A DNA stretch of 64,000 nucleotides. It comes from an uncultured delta proteobacterium (GTDB lineage: Bacteria > Myxococcota_A > Polyangia > Polyangiales > Polyangiaceae). The stretch is from positions 3,488,001 to 3,552,000 of the forward strand of contig CAWDXG010000004.1 of assembly GCA_963806225.1 (NCBI GenBank). Reading direction: 5' to 3'. A program made the translations under genes and the position numbers. Each line of letters opens with the position of its first letter. Position 1 is the stretch's first letter. Below, piece after piece: positions 25,343-34,497 of this stretch. The notes beneath the pieces are model-generated. The model was not told the DNA's origin and searched no databases. It saw only the letters and a list, made by a program, of their open reading frames with translations.

Positions 25343-26127
25343 TCCTTGGTCTCCAGCCGCACGGGGCCCACGTGCGCTTTCTGGATCTGCTTCCGGATGT
25401 CATCTTTGGTCAGCGCAGTGGACGACATGTCGGGAATGCCCTCTACGATCCGCTGATCGTCCGGATTTCGCAAGGCCACCGTCAGCCGCCCCTTCTCGAT
25501 CGCCAGCGACAGAAGCTGCGTCTGCTGCAGGTCGACGCTCAGCGTGAGAACCATATCGCGGTTCCGGGCGCTATCGCTGCCGTTCTTGTCGACCAGGGCC
25601 TGAGGGGCGGTCTCGAGGCCCACCGCCAGGACCAGCACTCGCTGGAGCAGCACGACAGACTGCTGGGGGCCGCCGTTTTCGCCTGGCAGATTCCCGATCA
25701 CGTCGACGTAGTCCCCCGGGCGGATCATCGCGAAGCTCTTGTCGTCGCTCTGCGCGTGGATCGACACGGCCCGACTGCCCGGTTGGACCAACGAGCTCAA
25801 GTCGCGCTGCTCGTCCGAGGCAATGGCCAGGTCCGTCCAGAACAGCGTCTCCTGCGCCTGGACCTTGTTGCCGACGCGCAGGCCGACGACCTTGGCTCGC
25901 TCGGACGCGCGCACCGCGCGGTCTTCGACATAGGCGAGCGGAATGCTCTGAACAGCCAGCATATCGTCGCTGATGACCTGGCCGGACTTGATCGGCTTGA
26001 TGGCCATCAGCACGTCGACGCGCTCGCCGCCCGATGCCTCTTCTTCGAAACGCTGCAGATACAGAAGAAGCAGTACCGCGCCGAGGGCGGCCAGCACCGC
26101 CGCGATGAGGAGCGCGCGTCGGTTCAT
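25339..26127 (-). CDS. cpaB: Flp pilus assembly protein CpaB/RcpC
   Basis: N-terminal TM, SAF domain, PGSRAVSI, IRPGDYVDVI, LLQRVLVLAVG and LTVALRNP. Confidence 0.92.
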   Translation of the reverse strand: MNRRALLIAAVLAALGAVLLLLYLQRFEEEASGGERVDVLMAIKPIKSGQVISDDMLAVQSIPLAYVEDRAVRASERAKVVGLRVGNKVQAQETLFWTDLAIASDEQRDLSSLVQPGSRAVSIHAQSDDKSFAMIRPGDYVDVIGNLPGENGGPQQSVVLLQRVLVLAVGLETAPQALVDKNGSDSARNRDMVLTLSVDLQQTQLLSLAIEKGRLTVALRNPDDQRIVEGIPDMSSTALTKDDIRKQIQKAHVGPVRLETKE

Positions 26128-26191
26128 GTGGCGGTTCTAGCATGCCCGGGCGCCCGGGCGACGCCCGGCATCAGGCAGAAGTGCGACGGGC

Positions 26192-27154
26192 TCATTCAGA
26201 ACGCGTCTCCACGATGGATACGACCGAGTGGTCGCCCTCGGGGGAGGCAAACACGATCAGATCGACGCCCTTCCGCGAGTAGGCCCGGCTACCGGGGGTC
26301 TCCTGGGCCACGAACGGAATGGGCTTCCAGCCTTTGCCGGACACCTGCTTGTCGAAACCTGTGAGTGCGTCTCTGGCCTGCGAGGGACAGTCGTAGACCC
26401 GAACGGAGTGTGGCGTGCCTTCGATGCCGGCGCTGAGCAACCGCTTGGCACCCTGCGGGCGGCCTGCGTTCGGCACGTCGGAGCCGGGCGGCTCGCTGCC
26501 ATCCATCGGCGACAGGTTGAAGAGGTGGAAGGAGTCGTCGGTCCACGAAGTGATGACGTGGGTGTGACCTGCGGGCGTGCGCCGTGCGTAGGCGTAGCGC
26601 AGGTACCCGACCGAGCTCAAATCGCCCGTCTTGGCGAACGCCGCGAGGCGCTTGACGACCGGAACCTGCACGGGGCCATTTCCGCGGACGAGGCAGGCGA
26701 CCATGCCCTCGGACGCGTTCTCCTGGCGCATGATGCCGACCTTGTTCTCACCCACCTGGGCCAGCGTCTTCTTCTTCAGCGCCGCGGGCAGCTTCTCGAA
26801 GTCCTGGGCGAGCCCGATGTCGCCCCGCTCGCACGCGGCCTGGAAGCGGTCGAGCACGTGCTTCACCGACTGATCGGTCATCGCACTGGCCAGGTTGATC
26901 GGTTCGCCGTTCAGCAGGAGCCGGTTGGAGTGGCCGGTCAGGTCGCCGAACTGCGCTAGCTGCCGGCCGATGACCAGGGCCGACTCCTTCATGTCGCCGT
27001 ACGCGGAACGCAGTGCCAGCCCAGCGAGCACACACGATACGACGAAGCAGTACGCCATGAGCCGCGCAACCGCCAGCAGGTGCTTGCGTCGCTCCCACAG
27101 CCACCTGAAGGGGCTGGGAGGGAGCGGGCGTCTCTGGGGCGATTGCTGCGTCAT
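26192..27154 (-). CDS. Hypothetical membrane-anchored periplasmic protein within the Tad operon
   Basis: 320-aa ORF with a single N-terminal TM, co-oriented and tightly spaced between TadE-like and cpaB. Confidence 0.7.
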   Translation of the reverse strand: MTQQSPQRRPLPPSPFRWLWERRKHLLAVARLMAYCFVVSCVLAGLALRSAYGDMKESALVIGRQLAQFGDLTGHSNRLLLNGEPINLASAMTDQSVKHVLDRFQAACERGDIGLAQDFEKLPAALKKKTLAQVGENKVGIMRQENASEGMVACLVRGNGPVQVPVVKRLAAFAKTGDLSSVGYLRYAYARRTPAGHTHVITSWTDDSFHLFNLSPMDGSEPPGSDVPNAGRPQGAKRLLSAGIEGTPHSVRVYDCPSQARDALTGFDKQVSGKGWKPIPFVAQETPGSRAYSRKGVDLIVFASPEGDHSVVSIVETRSE

Positions 27155-27158
27155 CGTC

Positions 27159-27629
27159 CTACCATGCGGTCTTGTCGTGCCAGGCGGTCTTCAGCACGTT
27201 GATGATGTTGCCTGACGCGGGCTTCTCGTCGCACTGCAGGGTCGTCGTGGTCGCCAGCTTGTTGCTGATGCCCAGGTAGGTGCCCGTCGCGACACTGCCC
27301 CTCGATGTGGCCTTGGCCACACCCCAGTCGGTCTCGAGCTTCGCGTCGCCGGTGGCGTTCTTGTACTTGCTCTTGACCGTCGGCCCGTTGGGCGGCGGAT
27401 CGTTCGACTGCGATGCACCGTTGCCTTCGCAACTGTTGAGCGCGTACTCCCAGACCTTGGACCTGGCGTCGGACAGGGTGAATTCCTTCACCAGGAACAG
27501 CCTGACGACGTAGAGCAGGCAGGCGAACACGAGCAGGAAGAACGGAATCGCCACCACGGCTTCAACGAGCGCTGCGCCGCGGCGCCGACGGCGCCGTGTG
27601 CGCACTACCGGAAAGCGCCGTAGCCGCAT
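27159..27629 (-). CDS. TadE/TadF-like minor pilin
   Basis: Class III signal RRRG/AALVEAVVAIPFFLL; two C-domain Cys. Confidence 0.82.
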   Translation of the reverse strand: MRLRRFPVVRTRRRRRRGAALVEAVVAIPFFLLVFACLLYVVRLFLVKEFTLSDARSKVWEYALNSCEGNGASQSNDPPPNGPTVKSKYKNATGDAKLETDWGVAKATSRGSVATGTYLGISNKLATTTTLQCDEKPASGNIINVLKTAWHDKTAW

Positions 27630-29152
27630 CAATGGATCACCTTGTAGTTGTAGAAGGTCTGGGTCGCCTTGTTCTGGATCTGCGAGTCCACCTTGCCGCC
27701 GGCCTTCTTGAGCGCGTCCGTGATCTGCTTTCCGAGATAGTTCGCGGCGGCGTCGCCGAGGGCGAACTTGACGAAGCTCTTCTCGGCCAGCGCGCCGCCG
27801 ACGGAGCTGCCCAGCTTGCTGGTGATGACGTCGCCGAGCTTGCCGCCGAGGGCCGTGCCGCCGGTGCCGGTGAAGGGTTGCACGCGGCGGAACCTGGCGC
27901 GCCAGCGCATGCTCCACATGGCGTTTTCCTTGTAGTCCTCCCACGCGGGGCTGTCGCCGTCGTCCTGCCCTTTGCGCCAGTCGTAGTAGAACTCGGCCTG
28001 GGCGAAGCCGATCTTGCCCCACAGGTCGACGCCGGGAGAGGCGCTCGAGCCCCAGGTGGACACTTCCACGCCCTTGTCCGGGTTGGCCACGAAGTTCTCG
28101 TTGCCCGTCACCAGCGACCACACCTGGAAGTAGCCGTTGCCGTTCTGGGCGGAGTCGTACACCTCCATCGCGGCCCAGTCATTCTTGCCGGACAGGCCGC
28201 TGAGACCGCCCATCTGCTTGTCGAGGTCCTTCTGCGCGTCCTTCCAGCCCTTGTCCATGCACTTGCCCCAATCGAACTTGGGGGGGTGCTTGTCGTTCTT
28301 GTGCTTCTTGTTGAAGCCCTTCTTCTTCCCCTGGCAGATCTGGTTCTTGGCAGCGTGATCGAGCGAGCCGCCGAGCTTTCCCTTGTTGTTGCAGAAGTAG
28401 CTGGAGAAGGTGCTGGCGAGGCCGCCCATCACGCCCTTCACGAATCCGCCGACGCCGAGGACGTTGAACGGCATGGCGATCACTTCGCCGACAATCTCGC
28501 CCCCCTTCTTGCAGAGAACGCTGCCGTCGCCTTCCTGCACCGGCAGGCCGAGCCGCTCTCCATGCGGAATGAGCGACACGCTGACCATGCCGCCGTGCGT
28601 GACCGGCTCCTTGAACTTGGGGGCTACGGTAGCGACGACCTTGCCTTCGGCGATCCACGGCATCGTCTTGGCGACACCCACCTGGGCGACGTGCAACCCC
28701 TTCATGGTCGGCTTGAGGAAGGATTCATACGCCTTGATCGCGTCGGAGATCGTCGGCTCGAAATCGGTGGTGACACCGCAAACGAAGTCCGCCACAACGC
28801 AAACGCCCAGGCACGCCGCGGAGATGGCGCAGGAGATGACGTTGGCCAGGAAGTTGATCGCCTGGACCAGCTTCAATGCGATGAGGATGGCGAGCAGAGC
28901 CGCCATGATCACGTTGATCATGACGATGATGTTCATGCCTCGCGCGTGGTACACGGCCGCCGCGTAGGCCACCGCATCCGCGCCGTCTTGCATGCGCTCG
29001 CGGTACAGCGCCGCGTGTCCGATGCCGATGACGTACCAGAGCGCGCCGACGAGGAACGCCGCCATGAACACCGCGACGACCATCACGGCCCCTCGGCGGT
29101 CGTCGATGAGCGACCGCGAGCTCGAGGCGTTCGAGGGCGCCCTAGTACTCAT
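27629..29152 (-). CDS. TadG-like large minor pilin (Tad domain plus variable C-terminal region)
   Basis: DRRG/AVMVVAVF; RERMQDGADAVAYAAA..ARGMN Tad motif; Cys-rich hydrophobic helix; Lys-rich insert. Confidence 0.8.
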   Translation of the reverse strand: MSTRAPSNASSSRSLIDDRRGAVMVVAVFMAAFLVGALWYVIGIGHAALYRERMQDGADAVAYAAAVYHARGMNIIVMINVIMAALLAILIALKLVQAINFLANVISCAISAACLGVCVVADFVCGVTTDFEPTISDAIKAYESFLKPTMKGLHVAQVGVAKTMPWIAEGKVVATVAPKFKEPVTHGGMVSVSLIPHGERLGLPVQEGDGSVLCKKGGEIVGEVIAMPFNVLGVGGFVKGVMGGLASTFSSYFCNNKGKLGGSLDHAAKNQICQGKKKGFNKKHKNDKHPPKFDWGKCMDKGWKDAQKDLDKQMGGLSGLSGKNDWAAMEVYDSAQNGNGYFQVWSLVTGNENFVANPDKGVEVSTWGSSASPGVDLWGKIGFAQAEFYYDWRKGQDDGDSPAWEDYKENAMWSMRWRARFRRVQPFTGTGGTALGGKLGDVITSKLGSSVGGALAEKSFVKFALGDAAANYLGKQITDALKKAGGKVDSQIQNKATQTFYNYKVIH

Positions 29153-29669
29153 AGTAGGCTCCGTTGTTCGGCAGGGACGCCTGGGCCGTCAACTGGTACA
29201 TGCCGGACAGCCCGCAGACGACCCTGCTCGCGAGCGGCACCTGGCATCGGTAGGCCACGCTCAGCTTCGCGTGGATCATCCCCCGCGGGTCGAACTTCCC
29301 GCTCTGCTTTCCGTTGAGCGTGAGCTTGGGATCGCCGACCTGCGTCACCAGGCTGGTGACGGCGCTGAGCGGGATCTTGGCAGCCGTCTCGATGTCGTCC
29401 TTGCGCTGCCCGGAATACTCGTTCCGCTCGACGCCGCCGTAGTTCTCGGCGTCGTCGTCCAGAACGACCACGGCGGCGCGCACCGCACTGGAAGCCGCGT
29501 GCTGCACGACCAGCTTGGCCACGATCAGACCCGTGAGCTGGACGAGGCTCAAGAAGACAACGAACAGCGGAAGGAAGGCGATGAGGAACTCCACCATCAC
29601 CGCGCCGCGCGTCCCGAGCCCTCCGGATTGTCCGGCCTGGGCTCTCTTCTGCGCGGCCCGCCTTCTCAT
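29142..29669 (-). CDS. tadE: TadE-like minor pilin
   Basis: TRG/AVMVEFLIAFLP, VQHAASSAVRAA and YRCQVPLASRVVC. Confidence 0.85.
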   Translation of the reverse strand: MRRRAAQKRAQAGQSGGLGTRGAVMVEFLIAFLPLFVVFLSLVQLTGLIVAKLVVQHAASSAVRAAVVVLDDDAENYGGVERNEYSGQRKDDIETAAKIPLSAVTSLVTQVGDPKLTLNGKQSGKFDPRGMIHAKLSVAYRCQVPLASRVVCGLSGMYQLTAQASLPNNGAYYEY

Positions 29670-30214
29670 GGTCCCCTCCAGTGGAGCCAGACGCTGATGA
29701 ACGTCCCCACAGCTATCGCCGGACCGAATTTGAGCTCGGTCAGCATCTCCGGCACGATCTCCTTTCGGCGATCCTTCGGCAGGAAGGGGTTGATCACCAG
29801 CGACATCGTGTTCCCAAGGGTCCGCAGCAGCTTTCCCTCGTAGGCGAGGCGCCCTGGGGCGTAGAGAGCTGCTGCGATGAAGGCATAGAACTCACACTCG
29901 ATTCCGACCGAAACGCTGCACAGGGCTCCGATGGCGGCGAGAAGCTTCACGTCTCCGCCGCCGATGGCACCAAAGTAGAAGAAAAGAACAGGAACAAGCC
30001 CACACGCGACGATGCCGAGAGCCGAGAACGCCAACTCCTGTCCGGCTGCCGAACGGCCCGCCCCCAGGTAGCCAGCCAGTGCATGAAAAAGCGGTGCGGC
30101 GAGCAAGGTCCCGATTGTGAGCCAATTGGGAATGTGCCCGCCCCGCCAATCCAGCCAACCGGCTACGACAGCGATGAGCACTGCCGCGGCAAAGAAGTAC
30201 TGAGCACCGAACAT
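29666..30214 (-). CDS. cpaA: Prepilin peptidase CpaA/TadV (A24)
   Basis: DWRGGHIPNWL, GGGDVKLLAAIG and FGPAIAVG. Confidence 0.92.
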   Translation of the reverse strand: MFGAQYFFAAAVLIAVVAGWLDWRGGHIPNWLTIGTLLAAPLFHALAGYLGAGRSAAGQELAFSALGIVACGLVPVLFFYFGAIGGGDVKLLAAIGALCSVSVGIECEFYAFIAAALYAPGRLAYEGKLLRTLGNTMSLVINPFLPKDRRKEIVPEMLTELKFGPAIAVGTFISVWLHWRGP

Positions 30215-30262
30215 GCGGGTTTGCGCCTCCGGGATCGTCCGGCGGCGCCGGCTGGTTCGGTC

Positions 30263-30451
30263 CTACGGCGTGCCCTGGATCTTCCCGACGGACGACGCTT
30301 CCTGGTTGATCTTGGTCTTGACCGAGCTACCGAACGCCTTGAAAGCGAGCATCGCGAGGATGGCAATCATGCCGACGAGGATCATGTACTCGACCAGCGT
30401 GGCGCCGCGCGTATCCTTTACGAGTGACCTGATTTTGTTCATTTTGAGCAC
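30263..30451 (-). CDS. flp: Flp-family major pilin
   Basis: 62 aa; KDTRG/ATLVEYMILVGMIAI Flp motif. Confidence 0.92.
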   Translation of the reverse strand: MLKMNKIRSLVKDTRGATLVEYMILVGMIAILAMLAFKAFGSSVKTKINQEASSVGKIQGTP

Positions 30452-30479
30452 CTCTAGCAGTGTTGTCTGGAGCCCTGTG

Positions 30480-30677
30480 TCAGGGCACGGGAGCGATCAG
30501 AATCCCCCTGGCGTGCAGGTAGGACGACAGAAGGTAGGGCCCCAGGCCGGCGATGGCGGCGGCAACCCCGATGGCGACCATGCCGAGCACGACCACGTAC
30601 TCGACCATCACCGCACCGCTCTCGTCGCGGAGGAGCGAGCGCGTTCGTCGCGCGAGGCGGGGGGGCGGGCGCGTCAT
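30480..30677 (-). CDS. Second Flp-like pilin
   Basis: RDESG/AVMVEYVVVLGMVAIG; RBS GGAAGGA upstream of the ATG at 30677. Confidence 0.82.
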   Translation of the reverse strand: MTRPPPRLARRTRSLLRDESGAVMVEYVVVLGMVAIGVAAAIAGLGPYLLSSYLHARGILIAPVP

Positions 30678-30931
30678 GAGTCCTTCCAAGGGTGCTGTGT
30701 TCGGGCGGCGGAGGCAACATCCGGCGCAGCCTGCCCGAGCATGCACCAGTCTATGACGAACCATTGCGTCGCTCAACCCGGACCCCTGCTTGTCGGCAGC
30801 CACGACGCGCCGCGGCATGAGCACCTGGGGAAGGGTCGAGGAGGCCATCGTTCTATACGTCTCTGCAGGATGCGTTCCCCACCGCCTGCATCGCGGATCC
30901 CCTGCGATTCGTCGATCCGACACCAGGTGCC

Positions 30932-31001
30932 GGATACACTGCCGTCCTGATTTCCTTAGTGTATCCAGGCAGTTGCAGTGTCCGGGGTGTCATGACATGT
31001 C
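30932..31001. promoter_or_regulatory. Palindromic candidate transcription-factor sites upstream of the flp/tad operon
   Basis: Perfect inverted repeat GGATACACT-N17-AGTGTATCC (30932-30966); overlapping palindromes TGTCATGACA and TGACATGTCA (~30988-31001). Confidence 0.45.
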
Positions 31002-31078
31002 ACGAACACTGAGGATGGGCCGCCACGGACGCACGCTGCGCGCTCCCGCCAACGATTCCCGGGGACCACGTCGCGCGA

Positions 31079-31726
31079 TCAGAGCGGGGTCGGGCCGGTG
31101 CGGCGGTGGTAGTAGTGGTAGACGCGCTTCTTCTTGAACTTCTGGTCGAAGACGAAGATGTCGTCCTTGTTCTTCACGTCGAACGTGGCGGCCGGGCTCT
31201 GTGGCTGGAGGAGCTTGTGGTCGTCGTCGCTGGTGTCGAGCGTCAGCTTGAACGACTCGTTCGGAGACAGCTTCAAGAGCACATTCGCCGCCCCGCCGGT
31301 GTCGGTCCGGGCTACCTCCTTGCCGAGGTAGCGGACGGGGATGTCGGGCCCGTTTTCGGCGCGTATCGCGACAACGACACTGCGTTTCTTCGGCGGGCAG
31401 TCGACCATGTACTCGGGGCGCTTGGAGGAACCCACGATGCGCCGCAGCGTGACCACCAGCGGCTCGGTCGGCGATTTGTAGCCATCGGGACAGCGCACGT
31501 TCAGCGTGAAGGCCTGTCCCTCGGCGCCCGTCATCGAAAGGCCGGTCTTGCCCGTTTTGTCCGTCCTTTTGCCGACGGGCTTGTTCTGGTTCAGCACGAC
31601 CGCGCCCGCGAGCGGCACGCCGGGGTCGCTCTGGACCTTGACGACGATCTCGTATTTTGGGGGCGGCTTGCTCGAGCACGCCGCGAGCAGCGCGCCTGCA
31701 CACATGGTGAAGCACAGCTTCTGCAC
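31079..31726 (-). CDS. Hypothetical lipoprotein (beta-rich; start uncertain)
   Basis: Lipobox-like ALLAAC followed by SSKPPP; codon pattern typical of the genome. Confidence 0.7.
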   Translation of the reverse strand: MQKLCFTMCAGALLAACSSKPPPKYEIVVKVQSDPGVPLAGAVVLNQNKPVGKRTDKTGKTGLSMTGAEGQAFTLNVRCPDGYKSPTEPLVVTLRRIVGSSKRPEYMVDCPPKKRSVVVAIRAENGPDIPVRYLGKEVARTDTGGAANVLLKLSPNESFKLTLDTSDDDHKLLQPQSPAATFDVKNKDDIFVFDQKFKKKRVYHYYHRRTGPTPL

Positions 31727-31769
31727 TCTGCGAGGTGTAACACCCCTTCCAGCGCGGGTCGAAGGCAGC

Positions 31770-32564
31770 TCAGCGTGGGGGCTTCCAGGCCGGGTCATGG
31801 TCGACCAGCCATGCAAAGTCCGGACGCGACGGGGCGGCGCCGGCTTCTGGCTCCGACACCAGGGACATCGCTCCAGCGCGGTGCGTCAGGAACGCCGCGT
31901 CCCGTGCTGCCTTCGCGCACGCGGGTTCGGTGCATACGAACAGCGCGCGTTTGCCACCGTGTTCCGCGAAAATGGTGGCGAGCCCCGAGGTCCACGCGTC
32001 GAAGCCGGCATCGACCAACGCCACCCGCGCGAAGTACGCCGGCTCCTCCCTGAGCAGGGACACCGCGGCAACCGCGCTCGCGCCTACGCCGATCAGCACC
32101 ACCGGGCCCGGCGAGACGTAGTCTCCGAAACGTCGTCGCAGCGCCGCCAGCGAAGCGCGGAGCGCCTGCCGCTGCTCGGAGAGCCGATCGGCGTGGGCGG
32201 GGCGCGGGCACAGCACGAAGCCGTATGCGTGCGAGAGCTCGCGCCAATGTCGGCAGGCGCCGGCGTCGGCGGTGCCCAGCACGACCAGCACCGGCCTCGA
32301 GTCGGTGGCGTTGGCGGGTGCGAACACCGAGGCATTGGGCGCTAGCCGTTGCTCCGGCGGCCCGGGCAGCGGCGCCAAGCCGACGGAACGCTTGCGCGCG
32401 GGCCGGGCCGAGGCCGCCGCGGAAGCGCTGACCGAAGCAGAAGGCACCGGCGTTGCCGGGCGCGAGAGGCGAGCGTAGGCAACGAGCACGGCCACGCCGG
32501 CGACGACCGCCGCCGCGATGACGGCGAGGACCAGCGGGGATCGTCCGGACTGCGTCGCCACCAT
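31770..32564 (-). CDS. Hypothetical membrane-anchored protein, degenerate alpha/beta-hydrolase-like
   Basis: N-terminal TM; PVLVVL, GFVLCP, PVVLIGVGASA (nucleophile-elbow position lacks Ser) and ARVALVD. Confidence 0.55.
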   Translation of the reverse strand: MVATQSGRSPLVLAVIAAAVVAGVAVLVAYARLSRPATPVPSASVSASAAASARPARKRSVGLAPLPGPPEQRLAPNASVFAPANATDSRPVLVVLGTADAGACRHWRELSHAYGFVLCPRPAHADRLSEQRQALRASLAALRRRFGDYVSPGPVVLIGVGASAVAAVSLLREEPAYFARVALVDAGFDAWTSGLATIFAEHGGKRALFVCTEPACAKAARDAAFLTHRAGAMSLVSEPEAGAAPSRPDFAWLVDHDPAWKPPR

Positions 32565-32575
32565 CCCGGCTCCAG

Positions 32576-34429
32576 CTAGAGTCTGAGCTCGCCGTCGATG
32601 ACCTTCTGCCACAGCTCGCGGGTGAGCGGCAGGTAGCCGTCGTCGCCGCGCACGTACATCGGGTCGTCGACGCTGTTGGGGTCCACCCCTTCGGCCCGGA
32701 GCTGGCGCTTCTGGATCTTGAACGTGCCGGTCGTCTGGAGTTGCGCGATGACGCGAACGAAGCGCGGTTGTGCGTATCCGGGCAGTTCCTGGGCTGTCCG
32801 CCAGAACGCCTCCGGGTCGAAGCCGTTGTCGCACACCACGGCGGCCAGCCCCGCCTGCCCCTCGGCGCCGGGCACGTGCACGCCCGACACCGTCGCCTCG
32901 CGCACGCCTCGCGCCTTTCCGAGCACCTCCGCTACCTCCGCGGTCGACACGTTCTCGCCCTTCCAACGGTACGTGTCGCCAATGCGATCCACGAAGTAGA
33001 AATAGTCGTTGTCGTCGAAACGCATCAGATCGCCGGAGCGGAAGTAGCGATCGCCGCTCTTGAACACATCCCGCAGGATCTTCCTCTCTGTGGCCTCCGC
33101 GTCGGTGTAGCCCGCAAAATCGCCGAGCGCGCTCCGCGGCTTGTCCGCCAGGCGGATCAACAGCTCTCCGACCTCGCCGGCCGTACACTCGACGCACAAT
33201 CCCCGTCGGTCGCGCAGGAGCTCGTCCTGGTCCACGTCGTAACGCGCCAGCTTGAGCGGGCCGAGGCGGCGGAGAGGCACATGGCCGATGGATCCGACCT
33301 TGCCGGAGAGATTGAAGATCGCGCCGGGCGCCTCCGTGGCGCTGTAGAACTCGCGGATCATCGGGATCTCGAAACGGCGCTGGAACGGCTCCCACACGTC
33401 CGCCCGGAGACCGTTGCCGAGCGCCACCCGCACGGGGTTGTTCTTCTCCGCCTCGGTCGGCGGCGAGTTCAGCAGATAGCGGCAGAGCTCGCCGATGTAG
33501 AGGATGGCGGTGGCGCGATAGCGCTCTACGTCGGTCCAGAACGACGTCGCGCTGAAGTGCTCCCTGAGCGCCATCGGCGTTCGCGTCATGATGGAGCCGC
33601 CGGCTCCGATCAGCATGGCGCTGGAGTGGTACAGCGGCAGGACGCAGTACAGCTTGTCACCCGGCTTGAACTCGAAGATGAGCTGCCCGAACGAGGCGCC
33701 GGCCACCAGGGCCCGCGCATGGGTCACGCGGCAGGGCTTCGGCAGGCCGGTGGTGCCCGAAGTGTAGATGTAGATGTAGTCGCTCGACGCCGGGAGCACG
33801 ACGCGCGGGAACGGCTCGCGCGGAGCTTCGGCGATGCGCTCCTCCAACTCGCCCTTGCGGTACGGGATCAGATGACGGAGCTGGGCGCGGACGTCCTGCC
33901 GGCTTCCGAGCAGCTCGGCGAACTGCTTTTCTGCAATCGCAACGCGCGCGCCGGAGGCCCTCACCGCGTGCGAGAGCGGCGCGCCCTCGAGATGGTAGTT
34001 GACGAGCGCTGTGGTCCCCCCCAGCCGCGCCACGCCGAGCGTGATGGCGATGTACATAGGCGAGTTCTGGCCTAACAGCGCTACGACGTCGCCACGGACG
34101 ACGCCGCACCCCTGGAGCACGTGCGCCACGCGCGAGCACAGCTCGTCGAGCTCTGCCCAGCTCAGCCGCTCGTCGTGCATCTCGAGCGCGAGGCCGCCCG
34201 GGTCGGCGGCGGCGTTCGCCATCGCGACCTTCACCAGGCTGTGGTCGTGATCCTCCCTCGCCTTGAGCAGCCAGGGCAGCGTGCGATAGAGCGCGATGGG
34301 CAGCGCGTGCAACTGCGCCTTCAGGCTGTCGTGCCATTCGGGGTCGGGAGTGCGCCGCACCCAGTCGCCCAGCGTGCCGACGAGCGCGCGCGCCGCCTCG
34401 CCGGGGCCCATCCTCAACTTGCCGGCCAT
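32576..34429 (-). CDS. Long/very-long-chain acyl-CoA synthetase (FATP-like)
   Basis: YIYTSGTTGLPK, LPLYHS, YIGELCRYL, GD.YFRSGDL and YFVDRIGDTYRWKGENVST. Confidence 0.93.
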   Translation of the reverse strand: MAGKLRMGPGEAARALVGTLGDWVRRTPDPEWHDSLKAQLHALPIALYRTLPWLLKAREDHDHSLVKVAMANAAADPGGLALEMHDERLSWAELDELCSRVAHVLQGCGVVRGDVVALLGQNSPMYIAITLGVARLGGTTALVNYHLEGAPLSHAVRASGARVAIAEKQFAELLGSRQDVRAQLRHLIPYRKGELEERIAEAPREPFPRVVLPASSDYIYIYTSGTTGLPKPCRVTHARALVAGASFGQLIFEFKPGDKLYCVLPLYHSSAMLIGAGGSIMTRTPMALREHFSATSFWTDVERYRATAILYIGELCRYLLNSPPTEAEKNNPVRVALGNGLRADVWEPFQRRFEIPMIREFYSATEAPGAIFNLSGKVGSIGHVPLRRLGPLKLARYDVDQDELLRDRRGLCVECTAGEVGELLIRLADKPRSALGDFAGYTDAEATERKILRDVFKSGDRYFRSGDLMRFDDNDYFYFVDRIGDTYRWKGENVSTAEVAEVLGKARGVREATVSGVHVPGAEGQAGLAAVVCDNGFDPEAFWRTAQELPGYAQPRFVRVIAQLQTTGTFKIQKRQLRAEGVDPNSVDDPMYVRGDDGYLPLTRELWQKVIDGELRL

Positions 34430-34497
34430 CGGGCCGACAGTGTACGCGATTTCGTCCCGGTGTCACGAGGCGACGTGATCACGGATCGAGACCGATT

